Shown in pieces: positions 9,629 to 18,121 of a DNA stretch of 64,000 nt. The position numbers and the translations under genes were made by a program. The notes beneath the pieces were generated by a model. The model did no database searches and was not told the DNA's origin. It saw nothing but the letters and a program-made list of their open reading frames with translations. The stretch is from positions 96,001-160,000 of the forward strand of contig JBMORA010000064.1 in NCBI GenBank assembly GCA_049320885.1, given 5' to 3'. This DNA is from Thermodesulfobacteriota bacterium. Its GTDB lineage: Bacteria; Desulfobacterota; Desulfobacteria; Desulfobacterales; SURF-7. Numbering within the stretch: position 1 is the first letter of the stretch; each line of letters opens with the position of its first letter.

Positions 9629-11685
9629 CCCTTCTTCAACTCCTTGACAGCGAGTTTTTTAACGGTGTCAATATCCTCGTCGCTGATGACACCTTCCACC
9701 CCTGAAATTGCAGCAAGCTTCATGCCATGTTTAAGGCCCAAGCGATAAATTTCGCGGACTTTGTCCCATTGGGGCGCGGAGCCCACGGTAAATGTCTCGA
9801 ATCGGCCTTCCAGCGCCAAAATGATGGTTTCAGCCAGGCCGGCGTAAGCCACCTTCGGCGGCAGACCGATATCCTTCATTTCCACTTCTTCACCGGGAAG
9901 AAGAATCTCGCCGCTGCGGATTACCAAAACATCGGGCCTTTTGGCAACATGCTTTTTGGAAAACACCATGGGTCTGGTGATGTCCGTGATGACGCATCCA
10001 GGCTTGACCTGCATGATGTCCAGCACGCGACCCGCCCCGGAGCTGGCCGCCACGATGACATCCATTTCTCCCAGGTATGTATCCGCGCGCGTGGAAATAT
10101 GCAGTTTTACGTCGGGGGCTTCTTCCATGATCGATTCCTGCAGCGCCAGCAGCTTGGCAATATTCCGGCCCACCAGGTATACTTCCTCGAAAGCACGGGC
10201 CAGGAGTCGCGAGCAGATGACGCCCACCGGACCCGTGGCACCGATCACCATGGTTTTGGCGCTGAGGATTTTCTTGCCCTTTTTAATTTTGGCAAGCCCC
10301 ATCCGACGCACCGCCTCCGCCGCGGCCCAAAGCGCGGCGGAGGCGACATAGCTGTTTCCCGTTGTTATGGGTAATGCGGCGTGTTTGGCGACTTCCATGC
10401 TGGAATCTTTCAATTCCCGCGGCATCATCCCGATCCCCATGATCTGGGCGCCCAGCTTTTTGGCGATATTCGCCGCTTGCAGGATGCGCTTTTTTGTAAA
10501 ATCGGGAGGATGGGCCGTCATCTGTTCCGGTGTTTCGCCCAGGGCGATCAGCCAGCCTTCCGCTTCCACACCGGTTGCAGACCGGATGCCCGTTACTTTG
10601 GAATAGACGAAGGGCGGCGAATACGCCATGACTTTTTCCACCACGCCCATTACCCCGGGAGTCATATCGGCCAGGACTTCGATGGGCTTTAGTTTTTTGA
10701 GAAACTCCTGGTTCAGGGGGTGCACGAGGTAGGCAAAGCGGTTGACGCGCTTCGGTTGCCCGGCCGGATAAACGATTCTCGGCTCCATGTTCATTTCCGT
10801 TATGATGTCGAGGAGATCGTCGCCGCTTCGATTTTCCTTGGGAATGTTCAAGGCCGCAATCAACAGCGCTTCCAGAACGCAAACGCCGACTACCTCCTTG
10901 ATCAGGGCAGGGGTGGTGTCGATGATGACATCCACCTCCTTTTCTTTCAGAAATTCCAGCCGGTCGTCATAGGCGGTGGAGGTGATGATGGTTTTCCCTT
11001 TCAGATCGCCGTCGCCCAGCAGTTTCAAATAACCGAAAAAATTGCTGTGAGGCACCACGATGATCTGGGCTTTTTGGGCTGCCTGGCGCAGAAGATATTC
11101 GTTCAGGCTGCGCAGGGGTTTGACATCGGATAATAGTTTCCGGCCGGGGAGCCATTCCATGGCCGGCCGCACCTTGCCGGCATATAGCCGGAATTCTTCC
11201 AGGGAATTGATAAGCCTGGGCAGGGTGTTTTCAATCAACGGGTCGGCGAAGCCCAGATTGACGGTGTATTCCGACATGACCTGGGCGATATTGTAGCTGG
11301 ACATGCCTGAAAAAAAGAGCACCCTGGCATTATTGAAATAATTGTTGCCGAATTTGAACTGGGTATGGCGCAGGGACCATTCATGCCCCACGTCGCGTAA
11401 TGTCTTCCCGGTTGTCACCGGGGTTTCCAGGGTTTTTCCCAACCGTAGGAGCTTTTGGGTCTTCGGGTCCGGACCGGCTTTGCGTCCGACGTTATATGGG
11501 AAGCGGATGCCGCCCAGACCGATGGCGTCGGCCTTCTTGTTCCATTGGAGCATCAGGTCCGAGGCTTGCTCATAATCGCCATCCGTTCCGAAACGCCGGA
11601 TGCAGAATTTTTGATTCATGAAGCGGGTCTCAAATTCGTAATCGTCCCGGCTCGGGCCGAGGCTGATGTCAACGATTTGTTTCAA
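9625..11685 (-). CDS. Acyl-ACP/CoA reductase-like protein (AAR-like C-terminal half plus ~310-aa N-terminal domain), paralogue B, catalytic Cys replaced by Gly
   Basis: SPPFVYSKVTGIRSATG, ITTGNSY, IGATGPVG Rossmann motif, YAGLAET. TTG start at 11685 after RBS GAGGAGG; the longer ORF-track start overlaps the upstream gene. Confidence 0.7.
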   Translation of the reverse strand: MKQIVDISLGPSRDDYEFETRFMNQKFCIRRFGTDGDYEQASDLMLQWNKKADAIGLGGIRFPYNVGRKAGPDPKTQKLLRLGKTLETPVTTGKTLRDVGHEWSLRHTQFKFGNNYFNNARVLFFSGMSSYNIAQVMSEYTVNLGFADPLIENTLPRLINSLEEFRLYAGKVRPAMEWLPGRKLLSDVKPLRSLNEYLLRQAAQKAQIIVVPHSNFFGYLKLLGDGDLKGKTIITSTAYDDRLEFLKEKEVDVIIDTTPALIKEVVGVCVLEALLIAALNIPKENRSGDDLLDIITEMNMEPRIVYPAGQPKRVNRFAYLVHPLNQEFLKKLKPIEVLADMTPGVMGVVEKVMAYSPPFVYSKVTGIRSATGVEAEGWLIALGETPEQMTAHPPDFTKKRILQAANIAKKLGAQIMGIGMMPRELKDSSMEVAKHAALPITTGNSYVASAALWAAAEAVRRMGLAKIKKGKKILSAKTMVIGATGPVGVICSRLLARAFEEVYLVGRNIAKLLALQESIMEEAPDVKLHISTRADTYLGEMDVIVAASSGAGRVLDIMQVKPGCVITDITRPMVFSKKHVAKRPDVLVIRSGEILLPGEEVEMKDIGLPPKVAYAGLAETIILALEGRFETFTVGSAPQWDKVREIYRLGLKHGMKLAAISGVEGVISDEDIDTVKKLAVKELKKG

Positions 11686-11696
11686 GGTGACCTCCT

Positions 11697-13760
11697 CTAG
11701 TTCAGCGCCGCTTTTTTGGCTTCCAGTGCGAGTTTCTTGACCCTGGCGATATCCTCGTCCGTGAACACGCCGTCCACGCCGGATATGGCTGCCAGCTTCA
11801 TGCCGTGTTTCAGACCCAGTTTGTAAATTTCCTTCACTTTTTCCCATTCGATGTCCCGACCGATGGTGAACACCTCGAAGCGTCCTTCCAGGGCCAGGAC
11901 AATGGTTTCGGCCAGGCAGGCATAGGCGACCTTGTGGGGCAGGCCGATGTTTTTCATTTCCGGATTGCCGGGCAATTCAATTTCACCGGATTCGATGACG
12001 AGAACATCCGGACGTTTGGCCACATCTTCCGGCGAAAGATCCAGGGGGCGGGCCACATCGGTGATGACGCATCCGGGTTTGACCTTGGTAATGTCCAGAA
12101 CCGTTTTCCCGGCACCGGAAGTGGCCGTGACAATGACATCCATGTCCGGCAGATAGGTATCCGGCCGTGTGGTGACTTTGATTTTCACTTCCGGGTTTTC
12201 CTGCAAAATTGATTCTTTCAGCGCCATGAGTTTGGCGGTGTTGCGGCCCACCATGTACACTTCGTCGAATGCCGTTGCCAACAGGCGGCAGCAAACCGAT
12301 CCGATGGCCCCGGTGGCGCCCAGCACCATGGATTTCCCCATGATTTTCTTTCCTTTTTCAATCTTGATCAGCCCCATGCGCCTGACGGCGTCCGCGGCGG
12401 CCCAGAGAGCGCCGGAGGCGCTGTAACTGTTGCCCGTCGTGATGGGGATATCGGCTTTCTTGGCCACGGTGACTCCCGCATCGCCGACCACTTTGGTGAA
12501 GGCGCCGAGGCCCATGATCTGGGCGCCCATGCGTTTGGCCATTCTGGCGGCTTGCAGCAGGCGTTTGTAGGTGAACTCCGGACTGTGGGCGAGCATCTGT
12601 TTCGGCGTCCCGCCCACGGTGATCAGCCAGCCTTCCGCTTCCGCGCCGGTGGGGGATTTGATGCCGGTTACCCGGGAATAAACCCACGGTGGCGCGTAGG
12701 CGACCACTTTTTCGACCGCGTCCAGGAAGACCGGTGGGGTAAAGCTGGCCATGAAATCCACGGCTTTGTCCTTTTTCAGGAATTCCTTTGATAAAGGATG
12801 GATAACAAACGCGAAGCGGTTGATGCGTTTCGGGTTGCCCGAGGGATAGACGATCCGCGGATCCATCTTTTGAGCGCTGATGATTTCCAACAGGTCGTCC
12901 GACCGGACCTGGTCCCGGTTTCTTCCCATGGCGGCGATGATCAAGGCTTCCAGTAAATTGGGGGGGACCACCCTTTCCAGGATTTTTGGGGTTGTATCGA
13001 TGATGACATCGACGCCCCTTTCTTTCAGAAAGGAAATTCTGTCATCATAGGCAGTGGAGGTGATGATGGTTTTACCGCCCAATTCCTCAATGGAGGTGTT
13101 TTTCAGGTATTCGTGGAAATCATGATGCGGCACCACGATAATGTTGGCTTTCTGCATCGCTTTTCTAAGAATGAAATCGTTCCAGGATTGAATGGGCACG
13201 ACGGAACCGGTCAGCCGTTTGCTCGGCACCCATTGCAGAATTTCATGAAAACCGTGGGCGTAGGATTCCAGATCCTTGAGGGAGTTGATAAACTTGGGGA
13301 TGCCGTTTTCCAGGATCGGATCCGCAAAGGAAAGGTTGTCGGTGAATTCGGACATGACCTTGGCAATACGGTAACTCACCATGCCGGACAGGAACAGGAC
13401 TTTGGCATTGCTGAAATAGTTGCCGAATTTGTATTCGATATAGCGCAGCGACCATTCGAAGGAAACGTCGCGCAGCCGGTCTCCCATGGTGACCGGTGTC
13501 TGGATTTGAGTTCCCAGCTCTTTCAGCTTGTTGCTGTTTTTTCTTGTCAGATAGCGGGGACCGATACCGTAAGGGCTTCTAACGCCCCCCAGACCGATGG
13601 CGGCCGCCTCCTTATCCCATTTCAGCAACAGGGCGGCGGCTTTTTCCATATCGCCGTCGGTACCCAGCCGTTTGATCAGGAAATCCTGCCCAAGGAATTC
13701 GGTTTCAAACTCATAATTTTTATCGCTCGGCCCTAGGCTGATGCTGACGACCTTTTTCAC
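11697..13760 (-). CDS. Acyl-ACP/CoA reductase-like protein (AAR-like C-terminal half plus ~310-aa N-terminal domain), paralogue A
   Basis: APPWVYSRVTGIKSPTG, GLGAFT, TTGNSY, VLGATGAIGSVCCRLL, DVARP and YACLAET align with cyanobacterial AAR motifs (APPQIV..SATG, ALGGFT, TTGNT, VGATGDIGSAVCRWL, FACFAE). GTG start after RBS AGGAGG. Confidence 0.75.
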   Translation of the reverse strand: MKKVVSISLGPSDKNYEFETEFLGQDFLIKRLGTDGDMEKAAALLLKWDKEAAAIGLGGVRSPYGIGPRYLTRKNSNKLKELGTQIQTPVTMGDRLRDVSFEWSLRYIEYKFGNYFSNAKVLFLSGMVSYRIAKVMSEFTDNLSFADPILENGIPKFINSLKDLESYAHGFHEILQWVPSKRLTGSVVPIQSWNDFILRKAMQKANIIVVPHHDFHEYLKNTSIEELGGKTIITSTAYDDRISFLKERGVDVIIDTTPKILERVVPPNLLEALIIAAMGRNRDQVRSDDLLEIISAQKMDPRIVYPSGNPKRINRFAFVIHPLSKEFLKKDKAVDFMASFTPPVFLDAVEKVVAYAPPWVYSRVTGIKSPTGAEAEGWLITVGGTPKQMLAHSPEFTYKRLLQAARMAKRMGAQIMGLGAFTKVVGDAGVTVAKKADIPITTGNSYSASGALWAAADAVRRMGLIKIEKGKKIMGKSMVLGATGAIGSVCCRLLATAFDEVYMVGRNTAKLMALKESILQENPEVKIKVTTRPDTYLPDMDVIVTATSGAGKTVLDITKVKPGCVITDVARPLDLSPEDVAKRPDVLVIESGEIELPGNPEMKNIGLPHKVAYACLAETIVLALEGRFEVFTIGRDIEWEKVKEIYKLGLKHGMKLAAISGVDGVFTDEDIARVKKLALEAKKAALN

Positions 13761-13809
13761 AGGCTCCTCCTGCAAATATGTTAAGGGTGCGACTTCCGTA
13801 CTTATTGAA

Positions 13810-14055
13810 TCAACAACCTACATCTTCGCCGTCGTTCCCGATGGCATTCACCGGGCAGATATCCATGGCTTCAAGGCAGCAGTCTTCCTCTTCCGCCGAT
13901 GAGGGCTGTTTGTAAAAGAATTCATATCCCTCCTCCAGATTCGAACGGATATTGTCCGCTGCGATTTCGACACACAGGGTGCAATTGATGCAGGAAACGT
14001 CCACATAATACCGCCCCCGGACGTTTTCTTTTATTTTTTTCGTTTTATCCGGCAA
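13810..14055 (-). CDS. Ferredoxin (single [4Fe-4S]/[3Fe-4S] type)
   Basis: CINCTLC...CPVNAI in an 81-aa acidic protein. RBS GAGGGAG. Confidence 0.9.
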   Translation of the reverse strand: MPDKTKKIKENVRGRYYVDVSCINCTLCVEIAADNIRSNLEEGYEFFYKQPSSAEEEDCCLEAMDICPVNAIGNDGEDVGC

Positions 14056-14126
14056 CGCAGTGTCCGTTCTCCCTCATTGCTCCGCCGCTGAAACGGGAAA
14101 TGCGTCATTTTTTCCGAAAAAATGAA

Positions 14127-14318
14127 TCACCGGCGGTTTATCCCGGTGTCCGCGCGATAGCCCAGAAACAACAAGGCGATGAAAGGCAATTCGACCATGA
14201 ATTCGAGCGCAAACCCCAATACAATCAGCAGCAGGATCAGCGGCAGTTTGACGAACGTGAAGTAGGCACGCGAGAGTTTCGCTTTGATGGTCCCATGTAA
14301 TTCAGTTGCCGGCAGCAA
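14127..14318 (-). CDS. Small hydrophobic (membrane/hairpin) protein
   Basis: 63 aa with a ~35-residue hydrophobic stretch containing two prolines. Strong RBS AGAGGAGG before TTG. Fills the gap between WS/DGAT and ferredoxin on the same strand. Confidence 0.6.
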   Translation of the reverse strand: MLPATELHGTIKAKLSRAYFTFVKLPLILLLIVLGFALEFMVELPFIALLFLGYRADTGINRR

Positions 14319-14363
14319 ATCGAAATTCCTCCTCTTTGGATTTTTTCTACTGTTTCCGATTTT

Positions 14364-16025
14364 TCAGCGTATCAGCTCCCGCATGATCTGCGCAACGTCC
14401 TGCAGCTGCACGTCCTCTTCGTGTTGTTGCTGATGGACGCTGCAATAGTCGGAACCGGGCAGCGGCTGCCTGCGACAGGGCTTGCCGCTTTTGGTTTCGG
14501 CTTGACAACGCGCGGGCCCCCGGCTTTTCGGTTTTTCCTTTTTCAAGCTTTTGGCGGCCTTGGCTTCCTGGTATCGATCATGAAGAACCAGCGGTTCGTC
14601 ATAAATTTTTCCGGATTTCACCAAATCCAGCAGGAAATTGAATTCTTCTTCGAATCCCTCCAGGAGCAGTTCCGGATCCGGCATCAATTTTTCATCGGCG
14701 GCGATACCCACCGTGACCTTCCCGTCATAGCTCAAAATACTGATTCCCAAACCGATTTTCCCGGAACGGGGAACCCAGAACATGATGTTGTTGATCTTTT
14801 TCCCGGCGAAATACAGCGGCTGCCTTGGTCCGGGAACATTCGTCATGACGCCCGAGGCCTTGTTTCCGAAAAGCTGGGCCGCCTTGCGGGCCAGGGCGGG
14901 AGGGAGGTAGCCGATGGCGCTGAGCAGGCCGAAATTGATATAGGGATCCGGCGCTTTCTTCAGCTGATCCATGCGTCTTTTGACCTCTTTGAGTCTCAGT
15001 ACCGGGTCTTCCAGGTAAACCGGCAGGGGCAGAAACACCAGACTGAATTTATTGCCCAGCTCGAATTCCGTTCCCGGTTTGCGAATGTTCACCGGGACGG
15101 TGACACGCAGGTCAAGCTCATTGACAGGGGTTTTCCTCGTTTTCAAATAGCGGCGCATGGCCCCGGTGACGGTGGCGATCAGTACATCATTCAGGGTGGC
15201 GGTGCTGATGGCTTTCCCGACGGTTTTTATCTTATCGAGAGGCATCGGTTCCGTCCAGGCGACCTTTTTCCGTACGCCTAATTTGCCCTTGAAGGCGGTA
15301 TCGGGATCCGACGACATGATGGTGTGCTTGGAAAGCACGGAAGCGAAATCGGTCGGGAGACAGCTGGTATTTTTTGCCAATTTTTTTAAATAGTCGGCAT
15401 CCGTCGCGGCCTTTTCGATTTCCCTTATCATCCTGCTGCTGAATTTCCGGCCGGCCCCCGCCGTGTCCTTGACCCTGCGGATCACGGCGTCGACGGACAG
15501 TAGCGGATCTATAGCCGATTTGCCTGATTTTTTTCGGGGTTCGCTTTTCGGCCAGGGCGCATTGGGATCCGTATCGGCGGCTGACAACAGCACATGGATG
15601 AGGGAGATGCCGTCCGCAATGCAATGGTGAATCCGGAAAAACAGAACGCAGCCATTGCCGTAATTTTCGATCAGATGGATCTGCCACAGGGGCTTGTCCG
15701 GATCCAGGGGGCTGATGGTCAGGTTGGCGATCATTTCCTGCAGATCTTTTTTATCCCCCGGCTTCGGCAGGGCAACCCGTTGCAGATGGGATTTCAGATC
15801 GTAATTCTTGTCCGTCTCCCAGAAGGGCAGACCGATGCCCGACTTGGGCCGGACGATGCGCATCTGGAACCGGGGAAAGGAGGCCAGCCGGCTTTCAATG
15901 GTGGCATACAATCGATTGTAATCCAAAAGCGACTCAAATTCCATGAAAGCGGTAATCACCATCAGGTTGGTGGGATCATCCATACAAAGCCAGAAATTAT
16001 CGGCATTGGTCATTCGTTCGGCCAT
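14364..16025 (-). CDS. Wax ester synthase / diacylglycerol acyltransferase (WS/DGAT, AtfA family) with C-terminal C3H zinc-finger-like module
   Basis: Catalytic HHCIADG (HHxxxDG), PLDPDKPLWQIHL, TLNDVL, VPVNIR, GN, TNVPGP, ISILSYDG. Confidence 0.93.
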   Translation of the reverse strand: MAERMTNADNFWLCMDDPTNLMVITAFMEFESLLDYNRLYATIESRLASFPRFQMRIVRPKSGIGLPFWETDKNYDLKSHLQRVALPKPGDKKDLQEMIANLTISPLDPDKPLWQIHLIENYGNGCVLFFRIHHCIADGISLIHVLLSAADTDPNAPWPKSEPRKKSGKSAIDPLLSVDAVIRRVKDTAGAGRKFSSRMIREIEKAATDADYLKKLAKNTSCLPTDFASVLSKHTIMSSDPDTAFKGKLGVRKKVAWTEPMPLDKIKTVGKAISTATLNDVLIATVTGAMRRYLKTRKTPVNELDLRVTVPVNIRKPGTEFELGNKFSLVFLPLPVYLEDPVLRLKEVKRRMDQLKKAPDPYINFGLLSAIGYLPPALARKAAQLFGNKASGVMTNVPGPRQPLYFAGKKINNIMFWVPRSGKIGLGISILSYDGKVTVGIAADEKLMPDPELLLEGFEEEFNFLLDLVKSGKIYDEPLVLHDRYQEAKAAKSLKKEKPKSRGPARCQAETKSGKPCRRQPLPGSDYCSVHQQQHEEDVQLQDVAQIMRELIR

Positions 16026-16227
16026 TTTGACGCTCCTCGATTTAAATTTATTAAGAAATCGAAAAGTTGACTTGTGTTAAAATATCCTATGACGTGAAAA
16101 ATGCAACAGAAAAATACGGAAGCGCCGGGCACCTTGCCATTCAGGACATTTTATCGCCATGGATCGGCTTTCGGAATACGCAGGAAATCTATTGAATGGG
16201 TTTTTACGCAGCCAATGGGAAAAATCC

Positions 16228-16279
16228 GCAAGGGCTCGTCCGGATGCCGGATCAAATCACGGCATGCACGAGCCCTTGC
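16228..16279. terminator. Long stem-loop 3' of the 16340-16813 gene (terminator or mRNA stabiliser)
   Basis: GCAAGGGCTCGT (16228-16239) pairs with ACGAGCCCTTGC (16268-16279), plus inner ATGCCG/CGGCAT. Confidence 0.5.
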
Positions 16280-16339
16280 CGTCCAATGAGACTGCTCGTT
16301 GGGTTGTCGCCTGACCGCCGTTCCGCGGCTATATACGGT

Positions 16340-16813
16340 TCACGCATTCTGTCCCAGGCTGGGTGATATCTGTTCCGGCTCTTTTTCAGCCGGCATTTCG
16401 GGTTTTACCGCGGGTTTGGTTTGGGGTTTCTGGGCCTTGGTCATTTGCCGGGCCTGGATCCGTTCCAGTTCTTCCACTTTTTGGGCCAATTTTTTCAGGC
16501 TGTTGTTCAGTTTTTGGACCTGCTCTTTATTGGCCAGGTTCATTATTTCCAGTACTTTATTGATACGGGTGTCGACCTGGTTGCTGATCCATTTTTTGAT
16601 GTTTTCCGGTTTCAAAGGCGCTTCTTTTTTCTTGCTCGATGCGGCTGTCAATTGGGCGGTCACGGCTTTGGTCACATCCTTGCCGGTGCTGCTGAGAACC
16701 ACCTTGCACTTTTTTTTGCTCTTGATGATGTCGGACAATTGTTCCCTGGTGATGTATTCCTTGTTCAGCGTGTCATACAGTTTCCCGTTGGCGTATTTTT
16801 TGATCAACAGCAT
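16340..16813 (-). CDS. PhaR-type DNA-binding domain fused to a phasin-like C-terminus
   Basis: N-terminal IKKYANGKLYDT...YIT...TGKDVT (PHB-accumulation regulator N-terminal motif). C-terminal MNLANKEQVQKL coiled coil. RBS AAGGAGG. Confidence 0.85.
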   Translation of the reverse strand: MLLIKKYANGKLYDTLNKEYITREQLSDIIKSKKKCKVVLSSTGKDVTKAVTAQLTAASSKKKEAPLKPENIKKWISNQVDTRINKVLEIMNLANKEQVQKLNNSLKKLAQKVEELERIQARQMTKAQKPQTKPAVKPEMPAEKEPEQISPSLGQNA

Positions 16814-17027
16814 GGCTTTCCTCCTTCGATAATGTTGGTAGAAATGCTTTCAAAATATTTCCGTCGCTTCGGATACCGGAAAACCATGCCGACCGGGGCT
16901 CCGGGGCATCAGGGGATGGATTTTCCCACCTGGTTCCCCGCATTGGCAACTCTTTGAAACTGGTTCCGAACCCGATTGAAGATTTTGAAAATACTTCTAC
17001 TGGGTTTGTCTGGGTTTGTGGTCATGG

Positions 17028-17065
17028 TGGCCGTTCCGCCCGGTCTTGCCCAAGCGGAACGGCCA
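17028..17065. terminator. 12-bp stem-loop downstream of the 17138-17812 gene
   Basis: TGGCCGTTCCGC / GCGGAACGGCCA inverted repeat, followed on the + strand by a T-run. Confidence 0.5.
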
Positions 17066-17137
17066 TGGTTTTTTCAGCCGGTGGCTTCGCCGAAAAACGA
17101 AAAAACAACATCACCGGCAAAAGGGAAGGTTTTAAAA

Positions 17138-17812
17138 CTATGCGGCGTATGCGCTCCTGAGCGAATCCACCTTCTCGTTCAATTCTTTCACGCCTCTTGT
17201 AATGCTGTCAATGTCTTTTTTGCTGGGCAGGTTGAGCTGAGCTGGTATGGATTTCATGCGGCTGCTGATTTTTTTTTCTAGCTGCTGTTTTCCGGGGACT
17301 TTTTCGATGGCCTTTTTCCCGCGTTCGATGATGTCCTTTTTTACAATCCGGGCGTCTTTCTCAATACCTTTTAAAACGGATTTATAGTCATCGATCAGGC
17401 TGTCCATTTTTTCACGGGTATCGGCCTTTAGCTCCTCAATGAAATCCTTGCTTTCGTCCATGAGCCGGCTGATGGCTTTGCGGGGATCTTTCCTGGCTTT
17501 TTTCAGAAACATTTTGCCGTCATCCAGCAGGGAGTCGATTTTTTCCCGGGCGTCGTTCTTCACATCCTCGATGAATTCCTTGCCGTCATCCATCAGTCCC
17601 TCGATGGCTTTGACGGGGTCTTTTTTGAGGTCTTCCACGAATTCCTTGCCGTTTTCGATGGGTTTCCGGAAGACTTTTTCGTTGTATCGGTCCAGCTTGT
17701 CCGTCAAGGTGTTTTTGGCTTCCCGAAGGTTGCGGACCACATAATAGCGCGACCCGGCTTTTACCTTGCCCGATGGGGCGGCTTTCCGTTTTGCATTTTT
17801 TGCCTGTGCCAT
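17138..17812 (-). CDS. Phasin/apolipoprotein-like protein with five tandem 22-residue amphipathic repeats
   Basis: 22-aa periodic repeats and C-terminal LNLPSKKDIDSI phasin motif. ATG at 17812 after RBS GGAGG. Confidence 0.8.
   Translation of the reverse strand: MAQAKNAKRKAAPSGKVKAGSRYYVVRNLREAKNTLTDKLDRYNEKVFRKPIENGKEFVEDLKKDPVKAIEGLMDDGKEFIEDVKNDAREKIDSLLDDGKMFLKKARKDPRKAISRLMDESKDFIEELKADTREKMDSLIDDYKSVLKGIEKDARIVKKDIIERGKKAIEKVPGKQQLEKKISSRMKSIPAQLNLPSKKDIDSITRGVKELNEKVDSLRSAYAA
17327..17656 (-). repeat. Five in-frame 66-bp (22-aa) degenerate tandem repeats
   Basis: ENGKEFVEDLKKDPVKAIEGLM / DDGKEFIEDVKNDAREKIDSLL / DDGKMFLKKARKDPRKAISRLM / DESKDFIEELKADTREKMDSLI / DDYKSVLKGIEKDARIVKKDII. 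Confidence 0.85.
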
Positions 17813-17885
17813 TGTTTGCCTCCGTATTGTAATTTGGGGTTGATGTCTTTCGCTCTGGATGCGACGCCGGCGCGGTCGTATCGAA

Positions 17886-17902
17886 ATAACGCACTGCGTC
17901 AT
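17886..17902. promoter_or_regulatory. Palindromic operator candidate 1
   Basis: ATAACGCACTGCGTCAT, located just downstream of the -10 box of the promoter for 17138-17812. Confidence 0.75.
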
Positions 17903-17908
17903 GGCCGT

Positions 17909-17937
17909 AATATGATGCGCTGCGTCATAAATGTCAA
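17909..17937 (-). promoter_or_regulatory. Sigma70 promoter TTGACA-17-CATATT with operator candidate 2 (17912-17928) in the spacer
   Basis: Minus strand TTGACAtttATGACGCAGCGCATCATATT. Confidence 0.75.
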
Positions 17938-18121
17938 GCTTTTTTTAGGGCCGGGCGGTAAATTTTTTATGATGAAAATCCGAAGGGGCCGACCCCGCGG
18001 AAGGAAGAAATCCTTTGTTTCACCCCGGGCTTTCGGCCAAAGCATTTGACAAATACGGGAGGAATTGAAAAAATGCGGCGGTTTGAATATGAATCCAGCA
18101 CTTGCTTACCTGGAGGCCAGC

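Noticed and set aside
11686..11847. Extended N-terminus of the 740-aa ORF
   Set aside because: It overlaps the upstream paralogue. The TTG at 11685 has a strong RBS and aligns with the paralogue's start.
9625..13760. Shikimate/quinate dehydrogenase or amino-acid dehydrogenase call
   Set aside because: Only the Rossmann fold is shared. The specific motifs match acyl-ACP reductase and the context is lipid metabolism.
16976..17281. 101-aa + strand ORF with a signal-peptide-like start (MKILKILLLGLSGF...)
   Set aside because: TTG start without a clear RBS, crosses a strong hairpin, and its 3' half is antisense to the repeat-phasin gene. Probably chance, though not excluded.
17813..17902. Shared 'MTQCVI' N-terminal peptide in the ORFs ending at 17902 and 20463
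   Set aside because: Not a protein motif. It is the translation of the DNA palindrome ATGACGCAnTGCGTTAT. The real starts are at 17812 and 20379 with RBSs.
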